From sequence record NC_062582.1: DNA of 64,000 nt; one strand, 5' to 3'. Positions 38,217 to 48,253 of the stretch are shown piece by piece. Position numbers and translations under genes: made by a program. A model generated the notes under the pieces. The model was not told where the DNA came from. It did no database searches and saw nothing but the letters and a program-made list of their open reading frames with translations. Every line of letters starts with the position of its first letter. Within the stretch, counting starts at the first letter, position 1.

Positions 38217-38676
38217 TCTTCTTCGGCTCCACTGGAATATACATGATCCCAACCTGATTGATCAGATAAAGATGTGTAGAACAGAATAGGAGAAAGAACA
38301 ACCAATGGTTATTTGTAAGGATGCCTTCAAGATCTTTCTGTTCCACAGACTTACCCATTAGGTCATCGTCTACAATAACAGACTTCTTAGTAAAGCATAC
38401 AGCTTTGTTTGCAAAGAGTTTAATAGCTCCAGGCAGGTCATCAATACACATACTGAAATTAGCAACACCATGAAGTATCGATTTCATCAGGATGGTATCT
38501 TTACGAACCAATCCCCATACATGTTGTTTTACGTATTCATCGGTCATGTACGTCAGAACCATTTCTTCACGTATTGTTTTAACCACGTCAATAAATGATG
38601 CCAGGGTAGCTGTATCGCTAGAGGCAGCGATTTCATGCACTGCCCCTACCATAGCCTCTCTTAAAGTTTCAATCAT
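38209..38676 (-). CDS. Conserved hypothetical protein
   Basis: 155-aa ORF coupled to its neighbours. Confidence 0.6.
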   Translation of the reverse strand: MIETLREAMVGAVHEIAASSDTATLASFIDVVKTIREEMVLTYMTDEYVKQHVWGLVRKDTILMKSILHGVANFSMCIDDLPGAIKLFANKAVCFTKKSVIVDDDLMGKSVEQKDLEGILTNNHWLFFLLFCSTHLYLINQVGIMYIPVEPKKNA

Positions 38677-38677
38677 G

Positions 38678-39355
38678 TTAAGATACCAAGTTGTTATCCA
38701 AATGCATAGACTTCAAATATACAGATAGAGTTTTGTTAGACTTAACAAGTGTGTTGGAATCAGCCATGATGGAGTCCATGGAAACATCACCTGTCTCAAT
38801 AATAGACCGGTTCATCGCATCGTAAGCTTTGCTGTCACCACCACGGAATTTAATCCACTCTAGGATCATCTTAGTCACGCCCTTAGAGGCGTTAACTTGA
38901 ATCTCTGGTGCTGATAGCCTTGCGCCTTTAGAATCGCCTGTAGGCTGTCCTGTGCGTTCGTCGATGATGTGGTTAGAGTCAGGGATAGAAGCTTTCTTAA
39001 CGAGCATCTGTACTTGACGTCGGAATGGAACCATACCGATCATGTGTTTGTTTTGAGTGCGGTACACTTGACCAGTTTGTTGGTCAGTTAGAATCACATG
39101 TTGGAACAGTTCAAACTCTAGCTCATCAGCAACTTTAAAGATCTGACGGAGGTTAAGTTGCGGACCCACGAGATTAGGCGCGTAGAGCGCCATGATTTCT
39201 TCACCACTTTCGAGCTTTTCAATCCACTCTCCAAATTCTTTATCAGACATTCTTTCGAACATCTCTTCATAAATCTTTTTATTGTCACTGCCTGGGAGAA
39301 AGAGTTCGATGAAATACAACGCCTCTTTCTCAGCAGCCTTACGTTCTGGTGACAT
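38678..39355 (-). CDS. Virion RNA polymerase beta-like C-terminal subunit (phiKZ gp149-like)
   Basis: DQQTGQVY, IGMVPFRRQVQML, TGQPTGDSKGARLSAPE (RpoB C-terminal-type motifs). Confidence 0.8.
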   Translation of the reverse strand: MSPERKAAEKEALYFIELFLPGSDNKKIYEEMFERMSDKEFGEWIEKLESGEEIMALYAPNLVGPQLNLRQIFKVADELEFELFQHVILTDQQTGQVYRTQNKHMIGMVPFRRQVQMLVKKASIPDSNHIIDERTGQPTGDSKGARLSAPEIQVNASKGVTKMILEWIKFRGGDSKAYDAMNRSIIETGDVSMDSIMADSNTLVKSNKTLSVYLKSMHLDNNLVS

Positions 39356-39384
39356 GTTATCACTCCACTGTTATTAACATACGA

Positions 39385-39696
39385 TTATAAACAACTGGAT
39401 ACGCATGCATAAGCAGGGGTTGCAGCTTTATCGGTACAGGTCGGTAGACGTGATTCGATAATGTGTGGTAATACGTTAGCCTTGAAGTTAGTTAGCCAAC
39501 TGTTAAAGTTTTCATCAGCTACTAAACTGGAACGCAGATCTAGTGTACAGTGTTTATGCTGTGCTAGAATACCATGGAAGAAACCGTTAAGTTCTCCCAC
39601 TGATTGAATCTCTGGAATACGTCGATATAGATCTTCACTTAACTCTACATCTTGTGCACGGATAGCTTGAATAAATTGTTTCTTGATTTCAGACAT
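39385..39696 (-). CDS. Hypothetical protein, 103 aa
   Basis: AAGG RBS; co-oriented operon. Confidence 0.6.
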   Translation of the reverse strand: MSEIKKQFIQAIRAQDVELSEDLYRRIPEIQSVGELNGFFHGILAQHKHCTLDLRSSLVADENFNSWLTNFKANVLPHIIESRLPTCTDKAATPAYACVSSCL

Positions 39697-39706
39697 GTAA
39701 TAACCT

Positions 39707-40054
39707 TTATTTTATTTCACCGCATTTCTCAACCTCTGTGATTCCTTCAAAGAATTTAACGAGTAGGTGACGGTGGCAGAATTTTCCTGGACGACAGTAA
39801 CACCCGAAGGCGACCATCTTCTTATCTAATATAGCTTGAAAGTACTTTGGTTCTTTTTCGTAACGTTCTTTAAGTAGGGCATTATAAACGACGGTGTATT
39901 GTTCATCTGTGATATCGCCGTTCTTGTAACCCATTAACAACGTCCATGTGGGAGCGAGTCTCCATTCACCAGACTTAATAGACGTATCCAAATAAGGAAT
40001 ACCAAGTTCTTTCACTGATCTCCAACGGGAGAGTTGAAACGTATAAACACGCAT
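39707..40054 (-). CDS. DUF488/YeaO-like protein
   Basis: LAPTWTLL, Y..LL..R and VAFGCYC..GKFCHRHLL motifs. Confidence 0.65.
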   Translation of the reverse strand: MRVYTFQLSRWRSVKELGIPYLDTSIKSGEWRLAPTWTLLMGYKNGDITDEQYTVVYNALLKERYEKEPKYFQAILDKKMVAFGCYCRPGKFCHRHLLVKFFEGITEVEKCGEIK

Positions 40055-40073
40055 AATACACCGTTGCTATAAA

Positions 40074-40093
40074 TGAACCCCCGGAGGGGTTCA
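40074..40093. terminator. Hairpin
   Basis: tgaacccc-cgga-ggggttca. Confidence 0.55.
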
Positions 40094-40095
40094 CA

Positions 40096-40974
40096 TTACC
40101 TACCGCGTGGTGGGTTCTTTGGTTCAGTCCACTCACCTTCTGTTACCGGTTGATAACCGGCTTGCATGACTAGTCCACGCTTACGTACTTCTGAATTAAC
40201 CTTATCCAGAAGCTTTAGCAGTTCGCGATCTTTGTAATGCTTAAGATTACGCGCAATATTTTTAACTGTACGGGATTCACGCAATGCGTCTTGATGTGTT
40301 TGAAGAGAAACCATGGCCGGTCCACCATCACGCATCCCATTGAACTCTACTTTAGGTAATGGATTATTAGATAGACTCGGTGGCTTCTCTTGTGCTCGCC
40401 CTTTACCGTTAATAAATAGATCTCCTTCTTTATGCGTAAAGGAACCATCGGTACCATGTACCGTTACATCAAACAAATGACGTACGTAAAGGGTATCGGT
40501 TTTATATACAGGAGCACCGTATTGGTTAAATACCTGTGTACCACGATGAGCTAGGATCTTTCCAGTAGACTTACCAAATTCATCATGTTCAAATACATCA
40601 CGTTTATGAATCTCGAAAATTGATTCAATGACGATTGGTTTTGGTTTATCATTTTTATCTTCTGACAATGCATAAGGATCTAACATATCTTTCACCACTG
40701 GTTTTAAAATCGCTCGATTAGCGTAGTTTAGTTTTAGATCGCCTTTACTACGAATAAGTTTCTTACGTAGCCCAAAGCAACTAAGTTCGTACCTATCTTC
40801 TTCATAACGCTCATGAAGTTCAGAACCAAGAGGTACTCGATTACCATTCGTATCAAGTACTTCATCTCCTTTCTTCACTCCATGTGGACCCCACAGTCCA
40901 TATTGGTGATATTCATAGCGGGTACGATTAAATGGGATCTCAATGATCCCAGCTGCACCAACCTCTAGTATCAT
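40096..40974 (-). CDS. Hypothetical protein with short G(D/T)xV..xxG repeats
   Basis: 292-aa ORF coupled to uvsX. Confidence 0.6.
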   Translation of the reverse strand: MILEVGAAGIIEIPFNRTRYEYHQYGLWGPHGVKKGDEVLDTNGNRVPLGSELHERYEEDRYELSCFGLRKKLIRSKGDLKLNYANRAILKPVVKDMLDPYALSEDKNDKPKPIVIESIFEIHKRDVFEHDEFGKSTGKILAHRGTQVFNQYGAPVYKTDTLYVRHLFDVTVHGTDGSFTHKEGDLFINGKGRAQEKPPSLSNNPLPKVEFNGMRDGGPAMVSLQTHQDALRESRTVKNIARNLKHYKDRELLKLLDKVNSEVRKRGLVMQAGYQPVTEGEWTEPKNPPRGR

Positions 40975-42408
40975 TTAAGCCGCCTTAGCGATCGCCAGTG
41001 GTGTGATCTTAGCCTTATCTGCATCAGACATCCAGTAAGGTTTATATTCGCCTGCACGCATTCTCAGGAGGTCGTAGGTAGACAGGTACTTCTTTGGTAC
41101 CAAAGTTTCATCTTCATCACAGATCCAGTAGCCACGAGTATTCAACAGGATATCATCCCAGTCATAACCCATTGCTTTCAGATCTTCATAAAGAACCTTA
41201 GGATCGCATACCTGATCAGCTGTCCAACGTTGGAACATAATCAGTTGCAGCATCTCAGATTGAATCTCTACTGCACGACGCAGTTTAGGATCTTCGTTCA
41301 GTTTCTTACGAACAGTAGTACGACCCAGTTTAACGTCAGGGCACAGTTCAACGAAATAGTTCTGGAGGTTACCACCGATTCCCCAGCCAGCTTCTTTACA
41401 GAAGTGGAACTCGGACAGTGCTGGCAACATACCTTCGGTCTGAGAAACAATCAGGTTAAATACCAGACCAGTAATACCACCTTTACCGCGCAGGTTCTTA
41501 ACTTCCAGAACACGCAGGTCAGAGTCACCTTGAATAGCAGTAGCGTTATCCAGTGGATAGATAGGCATCTTATCTTTGTTCAACAACGGTTTGTTCGACA
41601 TGATATCGAATACGTTGTTAGGCAGAGAATAGAAACCAGAAGACACACCTTTCAGTACGGTATCTTTCTTCATCTCAGACAAGTTACGTTTGTCAGTAGG
41701 ATACATTTCCATGTTAATGATGTCACCAACGTGAGCAGTCAGAATCATGTAAGTACCAGACTTAGCACATACTTGTGGGAGCTGGTTAAACAATTGGTTC
41801 TTAGCTTTACCATTAGCCATTGCGTCCATGTTCAGACCACCAGAACCAATAGCGTTCTTAGCGTACATTTCAGCTACAGCAGTAACGTTGAATTTGGAGA
41901 AGCTATCGATCAGACCCATAGTTGGATACAGGCAACGACGTTTGTTACCATTCATATCCAGGAAAGGAGAAGTACGGAGATAATCTTTCTCTGCCTTTTC
42001 TTTCTCGATCAGAGCATCACGGAAGATCTTAAAGAACTCGTCACCAGAGTAACGGGACAAGTCAGTAAAGTGGAACTGTTCGTCAGTATGCCAGTCAATA
42101 TCTTTCAGTTCTTCAAAGGCTACAGCCAATGATGTGAAGCGCGCTTCTGGATTGAGCGTACCTTCGGTATCGTAGATCATTGCCGAGGCCCCTGGAAGAG
42201 CACGGCGCGTCATAGCTAGCATGTAGATAGCTAGAGCAGTTTTAAAGTTGTTCGGACGTGAAGCAATACCAGTCAACGAGCCCAAGCCACCATTGAGAAT
42301 CATCTCTCCGTGTTTACCCAGTTCATATTTACCAGTAGAAATGTCAAGCATACAACCGATGTTGATAGCTGGACGGAAAGCAGGTTTTTCAAAGTGTTTG
42401 CCAAACAT
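40975..42408 (-). CDS. uvsX: UvsX/RecA-like recombinase (phiKZ gp152-like)
   Basis: GIASRPNNFKT variant Walker A, IYDTEG, LIDSFS, ILTAH, KNLRGKGG. Confidence 0.85.
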   Translation of the reverse strand: MFGKHFEKPAFRPAINIGCMLDISTGKYELGKHGEMILNGGLGSLTGIASRPNNFKTALAIYMLAMTRRALPGASAMIYDTEGTLNPEARFTSLAVAFEELKDIDWHTDEQFHFTDLSRYSGDEFFKIFRDALIEKEKAEKDYLRTSPFLDMNGNKRRCLYPTMGLIDSFSKFNVTAVAEMYAKNAIGSGGLNMDAMANGKAKNQLFNQLPQVCAKSGTYMILTAHVGDIINMEMYPTDKRNLSEMKKDTVLKGVSSGFYSLPNNVFDIMSNKPLLNKDKMPIYPLDNATAIQGDSDLRVLEVKNLRGKGGITGLVFNLIVSQTEGMLPALSEFHFCKEAGWGIGGNLQNYFVELCPDVKLGRTTVRKKLNEDPKLRRAVEIQSEMLQLIMFQRWTADQVCDPKVLYEDLKAMGYDWDDILLNTRGYWICDEDETLVPKKYLSTYDLLRMRAGEYKPYWMSDADKAKITPLAIAKAA

Positions 42409-42513
42409 TGACGTTTCCTTTTGTGTGAGTTAGTATCAATAAATAAGGTTTGAGAGTAATTTTATGTTTAACAGTGTCGCGACTGTCCTATTAATTTGAA
42501 AGGTCCTTTTAAA

Positions 42514-43491
42514 ATGAGTACTAGTTTATTTAAGAAATATGGTGTCAAGATCTCTACTGAAGATTCTGATATCCAACAAGATGACGTTCATTACGATCCA
42601 GTGATGAATAAGTTCTTTAGTGCGGGTGATCCAGCAGCAGCTGAACAAACCCCAGAGACTGAGATTCTGTCTATTGACCCAACTCCTGTAACTGCTCTGT
42701 TCGATCAGATGGAAGTTGTTTCTACTGAAGCAGCAATTACCGGTAACCTGGTAAACTACTTTAGTCGTAAAGCGGATAAGATCAACATGTCTATCCGTGA
42801 AGGTTTCAAATATATCACCACCATGAACTACCAACCGATGGAACAACTGCATCCAATGCAATTAGAATCGTTCCTGTCGACTTTGGTATTTGATGAACAT
42901 GAATCCCTGAAGGTATCTCAACCAGCCGGCTTTAAAGGTGAACTAGCTCCTTACACTACCGGTCTTCTGGCTCGTGCTCGTGTAATGGCTCAAGTAATGA
43001 ATGATGTTATCCGCCCAGCTGCTTCCCGTTTTGGTCATTATCTATCGATCCCTATGGATCGTGCAGAACGCCGTGACTTTGAAGGTGGTATCGTTACTGA
43101 CCTATCAATCGATCAACTGATTAAAGACGATGCCCAGTTCTTTGCACAGAACCGTAGTGCTACTGCATCTTTGGGTTCTCTGTTTGGTAGTTTCCGTGAA
43201 GTAGTTGAAGCAGAGAATAACATGCTGGCTGTTCAGGCTATCCTAGATGGTGGCGCAGCTTCTAATGAAGTTAAGCGTGCTGTTGATTCGCTTAGTGTAG
43301 TAGCTACCGCATTGATCACTCGTCTGGGTGAAGATACCAAGAATAAACCATCTCGTGAATTCTCTGTAATGATTGCTGATCAACTGACTGAAGTTGCTAA
43401 GTGGGTAGAATGGTACGCCATGCAAATGACTCGTATCATCGAAACCAACAACGTTCTGTACTCGATTGAGAAAGAACTGCGTAAGCTATAA
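42514..43491 (+). CDS. Inner-head/virion protein (phiKZ gp153-like)
   Basis: Acidic N-terminus with STE motifs; TTTTATGTT late-type motif upstream. Confidence 0.65.
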   Translation: MSTSLFKKYGVKISTEDSDIQQDDVHYDPVMNKFFSAGDPAAAEQTPETEILSIDPTPVTALFDQMEVVSTEAAITGNLVNYFSRKADKINMSIREGFKYITTMNYQPMEQLHPMQLESFLSTLVFDEHESLKVSQPAGFKGELAPYTTGLLARARVMAQVMNDVIRPAASRFGHYLSIPMDRAERRDFEGGIVTDLSIDQLIKDDAQFFAQNRSATASLGSLFGSFREVVEAENNMLAVQAILDGGAASNEVKRAVDSLSVVATALITRLGEDTKNKPSREFSVMIADQLTEVAKWVEWYAMQMTRIIETNNVLYSIEKELRKL

Positions 43492-43531
43492 ACGACATAA
43501 GTGCCTCCCGTAATGGGAGGCTTTATGCCGT
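43492..43531. terminator. Bidirectional terminator
   Basis: acgacataagt-gcctccc-gtaat-gggaggc-tttatgccgt. Confidence 0.8.
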
Positions 43532-43947
43532 TACATACTAACCTGCAAGTCATACTCTTCAACACAGTAACCAACCATTTGTTTTAAGTCTTGTATAAAT
43601 GATTGTTTGTCTGTATAAAGTAACCAGCAAGGGGTCATACGTACCAACCGTTCAAAATAACGGTCATTCAATACTGCCATCTTAGCTAGTGGCTTAACTC
43701 CTCTCCAAATCTTAGGTGCAAAGAGAGTTGGTAAACGCATTGCATCAACATCACTTACCAGGTTAAGTCTGGTATTCAGCTTATGCATCTTGTCGCATTC
43801 ACCATCGGTGCAAGCGACGAGTTGAGCGTGCAAAGAGGACATAACACACATCCTTCTGAAGTCCACGTCTAGTTTACTCCAGCACCAACGCCAGAAGGTG
43901 CCAGGGAGATTAAACACAGACTTCATGAATCTGCCAATTAGACTCAT
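43531..43947 (-). CDS. Conserved hypothetical protein
   Basis: ORF downstream of RNase H; start uncertain (track start 44013). Confidence 0.55.
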   Translation of the reverse strand: MSLIGRFMKSVFNLPGTFWRWCWSKLDVDFRRMCVMSSLHAQLVACTDGECDKMHKLNTRLNLVSDVDAMRLPTLFAPKIWRGVKPLAKMAVLNDRYFERLVRMTPCWLLYTDKQSFIQDLKQMVGYCVEEYDLQVSM

Positions 43948-43963
43948 GTGATTACCCGCATTG

Positions 43964-45409
43964 TTATTTAAGGATAAACTGTGTATATGGCGAACCATAG
44001 ATAGCAGCGCCATCTTCGGTTACTATCACAGTCGAATATGCATAGGACATAGCACCCAGAGAAGTCACGAGAAGCTCCATCTTAATATCATCGCAAGCGC
44101 ACCGATTCAATTGGTTACGCGAGAGGATATCCAAAGCCAGACAAAGTTTAAGCTTAACATCTTTCCCTTTGAATTTAATTGGAATATCTAAATGTCCGGT
44201 GTTCTGTGTAATGGACTTCTTAAGCTGAGTAATAGTCTTTTTGCCCGATGTTACTTTCTCGTAGAAAAGATCCGTAATATCCACTTTAGTGACATTATCG
44301 CCTAACGTCCCATCCAGGTAACTCTTAAGACGCCCTTCAAGAATATTAAACTCGAAGAATGCATCGTTCGCCATCCGTGGTGGATTAAGAGTCTTGCTGA
44401 TCAATCCCATTTCAGGCGTGGCTAGTACGTGAATATCATCATACTTCATCAACCCTTCTACCCCTAAGGATTCGATGCGTTGACGTTGCTTAGCATTACA
44501 TGCGTTTGCCAAGTTGATAATACCCAGTTCTGGGTTATCCGTTCCCAGTGCCTCTGTATGCATTTTAATTAACGATTCAAAATACTCGTCTAGTTCTTTG
44601 GCTTTGTAAACACAGAAGGTTGCTTCTGAGATACGACGACCTAACAACAAATCGGCTTTCGCCAACTTATCTTTAGCTGTATCTCTTGGACGTGCCCCTG
44701 CGTTGTGCATGCGACCTAGGTTATACGAATAATAGAAACCGTCTGCTTCTACGCCCGAATTAATGCCGAACAACAAACGAGTTTCTAAAACCAATGGAGT
44801 TACTGGCTTTTTCTTTAGTTTGTTAATTTCGACCGCTTCCACATTAACCTGTACAGGTTTTGCAGAATTTGCGCCGCCGCCACGCAAAGCGTTGACGTCA
44901 GCTTTATCATTACCCATGTCGCCAGAGTGTCCTTCAACCCAAGCCATATCCAGAAAGCGGCCAGTGCTGGTCCACTTCTCCTTCTCGGCCAGGAGTTCAA
45001 TCCATAGATCTTTGTTCGCCACAGGTGACTGGTCCGCTTTGGTCCAGTTGTTCTTAATCCATTTCCCAATCCATTGGGTAAGGCCCTTACGAACATACTC
45101 AGAGTCGAGATACATCCGTAAGACCTTAGCATCCGTACCTTGAGCGATTTTGAAACCCTCAAGGCAAGCTTGTAGCTCTGCGGTATTGTTTGTGGCCTTG
45201 CCTTCAACTTTACCAAATGCGTCGATGTAATCGATAACTGTACACGTTTCATCGGCGCTTACATCTTTATAGCCTTGCGAAGTTGGTTGCTGTTTAGTAG
45301 CTGCCTTCGCTTTCATTGGTGAGTCGTTAAAGGTATACCCATGCACTCCCCAACCGGCTAAATTTTGACGAAAAGATCCGTCGGTGTATAACACAATACC
45401 ATCACACAT
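43964..45409 (-). CDS. rnhA: RNase HI with a ~290-aa C-terminal extension (phiKZ gp155-like)
   Basis: YTDGS, NNTAELQA, LDSEYV, WVEGHSGDMGNDKAD. Confidence 0.9.
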   Translation of the reverse strand: MCDGIVLYTDGSFRQNLAGWGVHGYTFNDSPMKAKAATKQQPTSQGYKDVSADETCTVIDYIDAFGKVEGKATNNTAELQACLEGFKIAQGTDAKVLRMYLDSEYVRKGLTQWIGKWIKNNWTKADQSPVANKDLWIELLAEKEKWTSTGRFLDMAWVEGHSGDMGNDKADVNALRGGGANSAKPVQVNVEAVEINKLKKKPVTPLVLETRLLFGINSGVEADGFYYSYNLGRMHNAGARPRDTAKDKLAKADLLLGRRISEATFCVYKAKELDEYFESLIKMHTEALGTDNPELGIINLANACNAKQRQRIESLGVEGLMKYDDIHVLATPEMGLISKTLNPPRMANDAFFEFNILEGRLKSYLDGTLGDNVTKVDITDLFYEKVTSGKKTITQLKKSITQNTGHLDIPIKFKGKDVKLKLCLALDILSRNQLNRCACDDIKMELLVTSLGAMSYAYSTVIVTEDGAAIYGSPYTQFILK

Positions 45410-45450
45410 TATTTAATTCCTCTATCTCGACAGACTATCTAGATGATAAC

Positions 45451-45879
45451 TCATTCAAGTAATTTCTGTTGACAGGATTCCAACCACTTTTGGTGGGCTT
45501 GCTCAATTTTGGAATGCACGGAATCGACGTGTGTTCGATATTCTTTTATCTTAGCCACTAAAAGCTGGTCAAAGGCTTTCAGGGTCCTGGGACCTAACAG
45601 ATCTTCATCTTTTAGTTCCTTAGGTTTTAGAACATCACGGGGAAGGGTAAAAGGTTTGCAATCAGCTAACGAGCGCTGTGTACTGGTATGCTTCTCTTGC
45701 ACTACCCGTTTCGATACCTCGTTCGTTATTGTTTTCTCTGGAGCGTTAACAACAGAGGAGGTAGTTACGCTATGAACCACCGTCGAGTAAGTTACGTTCT
45801 CCGTAGGTGTGTAAATCACACACGCAGAAAGCAAAGAACAAAGCACGATTACAATGGTTAATTTAGACATGTGGTCCAT
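45451..45879 (-). CDS. Putative lipoprotein
   Basis: MSKLTIVIVLCSLLSA-C lipobox. Confidence 0.65.
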   Translation of the reverse strand: MDHMSKLTIVIVLCSLLSACVIYTPTENVTYSTVVHSVTTSSVVNAPEKTITNEVSKRVVQEKHTSTQRSLADCKPFTLPRDVLKPKELKDEDLLGPRTLKAFDQLLVAKIKEYRTHVDSVHSKIEQAHQKWLESCQQKLLE

Positions 45880-45894
45880 CCCTTTCTTCAGGTA

Positions 45895-46176
45895 TTATTT
45901 CAAGAGTTCACCAAGCGCTGCACGTCTTTCAAGGAGAGTTTCCTCTTGGACTTTACACACTTGAGTCAGTTCGAAACGCAAACTGATATTCTCTGATTTT
46001 ACATTCTCATAGCTAACATAGAGAGTGCAGGTTACTGCCACCATAAGGAGGAAGCAGCCGTACAAGATCACCATGTAGATATTTTCCACCAGAACCTGAC
46101 GTACGCTTTTGTTGCCAAAAACAGCTACGCGTAGGAATGGCCATAATAGGAGCAAGGCTTTTACCAATAAACTCAC
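45895..46176 (-). CDS. Small membrane protein with a C-terminal coiled coil
   Basis: Hydrophobic segments; GTG start with GAGG RBS. Confidence 0.6.
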   Translation of the reverse strand: MSLLVKALLLLWPFLRVAVFGNKSVRQVLVENIYMVILYGCFLLMVAVTCTLYVSYENVKSENISLRFELTQVCKVQEETLLERRAALGELLK

Positions 46177-46368
46177 CGGGGAATCCTCTGGTCAGTTAGT
46201 AAATGAAGCCTACCCAAGAACACCTTTTATCAAGGCTACAGCTAGACCAGTAATAACGAAATAATTAACTTTACAAGCTAACTATAACAGATGTTTTATG
46301 TTAACACAAGTAGGGTGACTGATTTTATAGATGGAAGACCATCCACTCCCCACTCATGAGGATAGTAC

Positions 46369-47676
46369 ATGTACAATTTAAAAGGCTTTTATGAATACCT
46401 GCCGCTGGTAAATAATAGCCCAGACCAAGTAGCGGTGCTGGGTGAAATTTCCGGCAACAGTTTAACCTATGCAAAAGACAAGACTGTCCACATCGGACCA
46501 TCCCAACCGAATACAACGTTTATTGCGTTTCATAGTGTTAGGGATGATATTCGCACTGACGTCCCAGTTAACTATGTTGACACCGTTGTAAAGCTCGGTG
46601 AATACATTTATAACCAGTCGGTAGCAGGGGTTATCACAAACAATACTGCACAGCTTCGTCAGATGGTTATGGCTGAGTTCAACGGTATCATCACTTCGTT
46701 CACCAGTGGGCGGATGTTAAATAATGGTTCTCTCTGGATGCCAGAGTGGATTGAATTCGGTATTAATGACACTGAACAAAACCGAATCAATATCTGGTTG
46801 GCGGACGAATCATTCCAAGCACAGTACGACGAATACATCATCGAGATTATTCACCCTGTATTGCCTTACGATGATTTCTTCAAAGATCCATTGGTTGTAA
46901 AAGAGATCCTGGCTAATTACAACATCGTTGAGAAACTGGAACAAGTACAAGCTCGTCGTGAGCAGTATCCATACACGTATCAACAAGCGTTGCAATTTGA
47001 CTACGTTAATCCACGTGATCCTACCATGCGCTTCCCAGCAACTTGGATTGCAATCATCTATGGTGAAGCAGGTAACAACCCTGACTTGATCAAAGACAAG
47101 ATTGTTTCTGATCTGTTAAGTGATACAACCCACCCACGTTCGGATTGGGAAGCTATTCTTCCTGACCTGTTCATGACCACAGAGTTTATCTTCACCCCAT
47201 TGTGGAACCAGTACTCTGTACCAAATTCTGATTTTCGTGCTGGTCTCTACAGCCCGATTTTTGATCCTCGTAAACGTCAAGCGTTGTTCCGAGCTACAGC
47301 TAATGGTCCAGCGTACACTCCCGTCTACGTGGATAATAACTACGAAGAATCCGTGAACATTTACAAGTCTCTGGCTTTCGGTGTAATCGGTAACCCACAG
47401 AACCGTAATGGCATTAACAAGTTTAGCTTACAGTTTAAGGACTACATCGTAACTGAAACTAACTCAGCTGATGCACAACGTATCTCCCCACTCACTTTAG
47501 AGTGGATGATGATTTTCTCTCGGCTGATCGTAGCTGCTGAAACAATGACCGCTTATACTTCTGTACCTAAGGGTGTTGCGCGGATGAACCGTAATGGTGT
47601 TATCTATGCTTCTGCATTCTTTAAGAATGTAAACTACTTGGTTGTATCTAAAGGTTCGGTAGAAGCTATTGGTTAA
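46369..47676 (+). CDS. Virion structural protein (phiKZ gp157-like)
   Basis: 435 aa; GAGGA RBS; TTTTATGTTAACA late-type motif upstream. Confidence 0.7.
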   Translation: MYNLKGFYEYLPLVNNSPDQVAVLGEISGNSLTYAKDKTVHIGPSQPNTTFIAFHSVRDDIRTDVPVNYVDTVVKLGEYIYNQSVAGVITNNTAQLRQMVMAEFNGIITSFTSGRMLNNGSLWMPEWIEFGINDTEQNRINIWLADESFQAQYDEYIIEIIHPVLPYDDFFKDPLVVKEILANYNIVEKLEQVQARREQYPYTYQQALQFDYVNPRDPTMRFPATWIAIIYGEAGNNPDLIKDKIVSDLLSDTTHPRSDWEAILPDLFMTTEFIFTPLWNQYSVPNSDFRAGLYSPIFDPRKRQALFRATANGPAYTPVYVDNNYEESVNIYKSLAFGVIGNPQNRNGINKFSLQFKDYIVTETNSADAQRISPLTLEWMMIFSRLIVAAETMTAYTSVPKGVARMNRNGVIYASAFFKNVNYLVVSKGSVEAIG

Positions 47677-47683
47677 ATTAATC

Positions 47684-47709
47684 GGGGAGGGAAACCTCCC
47701 CTTTTATAT
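47684..47709 (+). terminator. Intrinsic terminator
   Basis: ggggagg-gaaa-cctcccc-ttttat. Confidence 0.7.
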
Positions 47710-47719
47710 CGAGGTGTAC

Positions 47720-48205
47720 ATGCAAATTATTCACCCAGAGGTAGAGGATAACCCACGTGGGGCAAATCCAGAAACCAGTATCTACATTGCTATTAATAAG
47801 CTTTACCCACAATACGAACTAACACAAGAGAACTCAGTTATCCTTGATACACAGCCATGGGTGTCCCCTGTATTGCTTCATGGTAAGCGTGTGTTTATTC
47901 AGAAGGGTCAAGATCCTAATGATACTTATCAGTTCTTTTATGAGTGTTACAATGTCCCACAGATCTTTCCAGCAATGGTATTTACTGACGAGCAGTTAAC
48001 AGAAGCTTTGAAGTTACGTACTTCTGCTGAACTCATTGAGTACATTGGCTTAGTTAATAACCTGAATCTACGGAAAGAAGATTGGTGGTGTAGTGACAAC
48101 AGTATTGATTTTGCTGGTGGTGAGAATCGCCCTAACTTTGTTCTAGAAGCTAAGTCTAATGCCCAGTGGTATACTGGTTGGCGCATCATTAATCTGTGGA
48201 AATAA
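47720..48205 (+). CDS. Virion structural protein, distantly like the YxRxDL family
   Basis: GAGGTG RBS before ATG 47720; QFFYECYNV motif. Confidence 0.55.
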   Translation: MQIIHPEVEDNPRGANPETSIYIAINKLYPQYELTQENSVILDTQPWVSPVLLHGKRVFIQKGQDPNDTYQFFYECYNVPQIFPAMVFTDEQLTEALKLRTSAELIEYIGLVNNLNLRKEDWWCSDNSIDFAGGENRPNFVLEAKSNAQWYTGWRIINLWK

Positions 48206-48253
48206 AGATTAACTTTATTTTCCTGTTCAATCTGATGACTTCTAATATGGACA

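Noticed and set aside
41230-42132. 300-aa + strand ORF inside uvsX
   Set aside because: Antisense shadow of the recombinase gene
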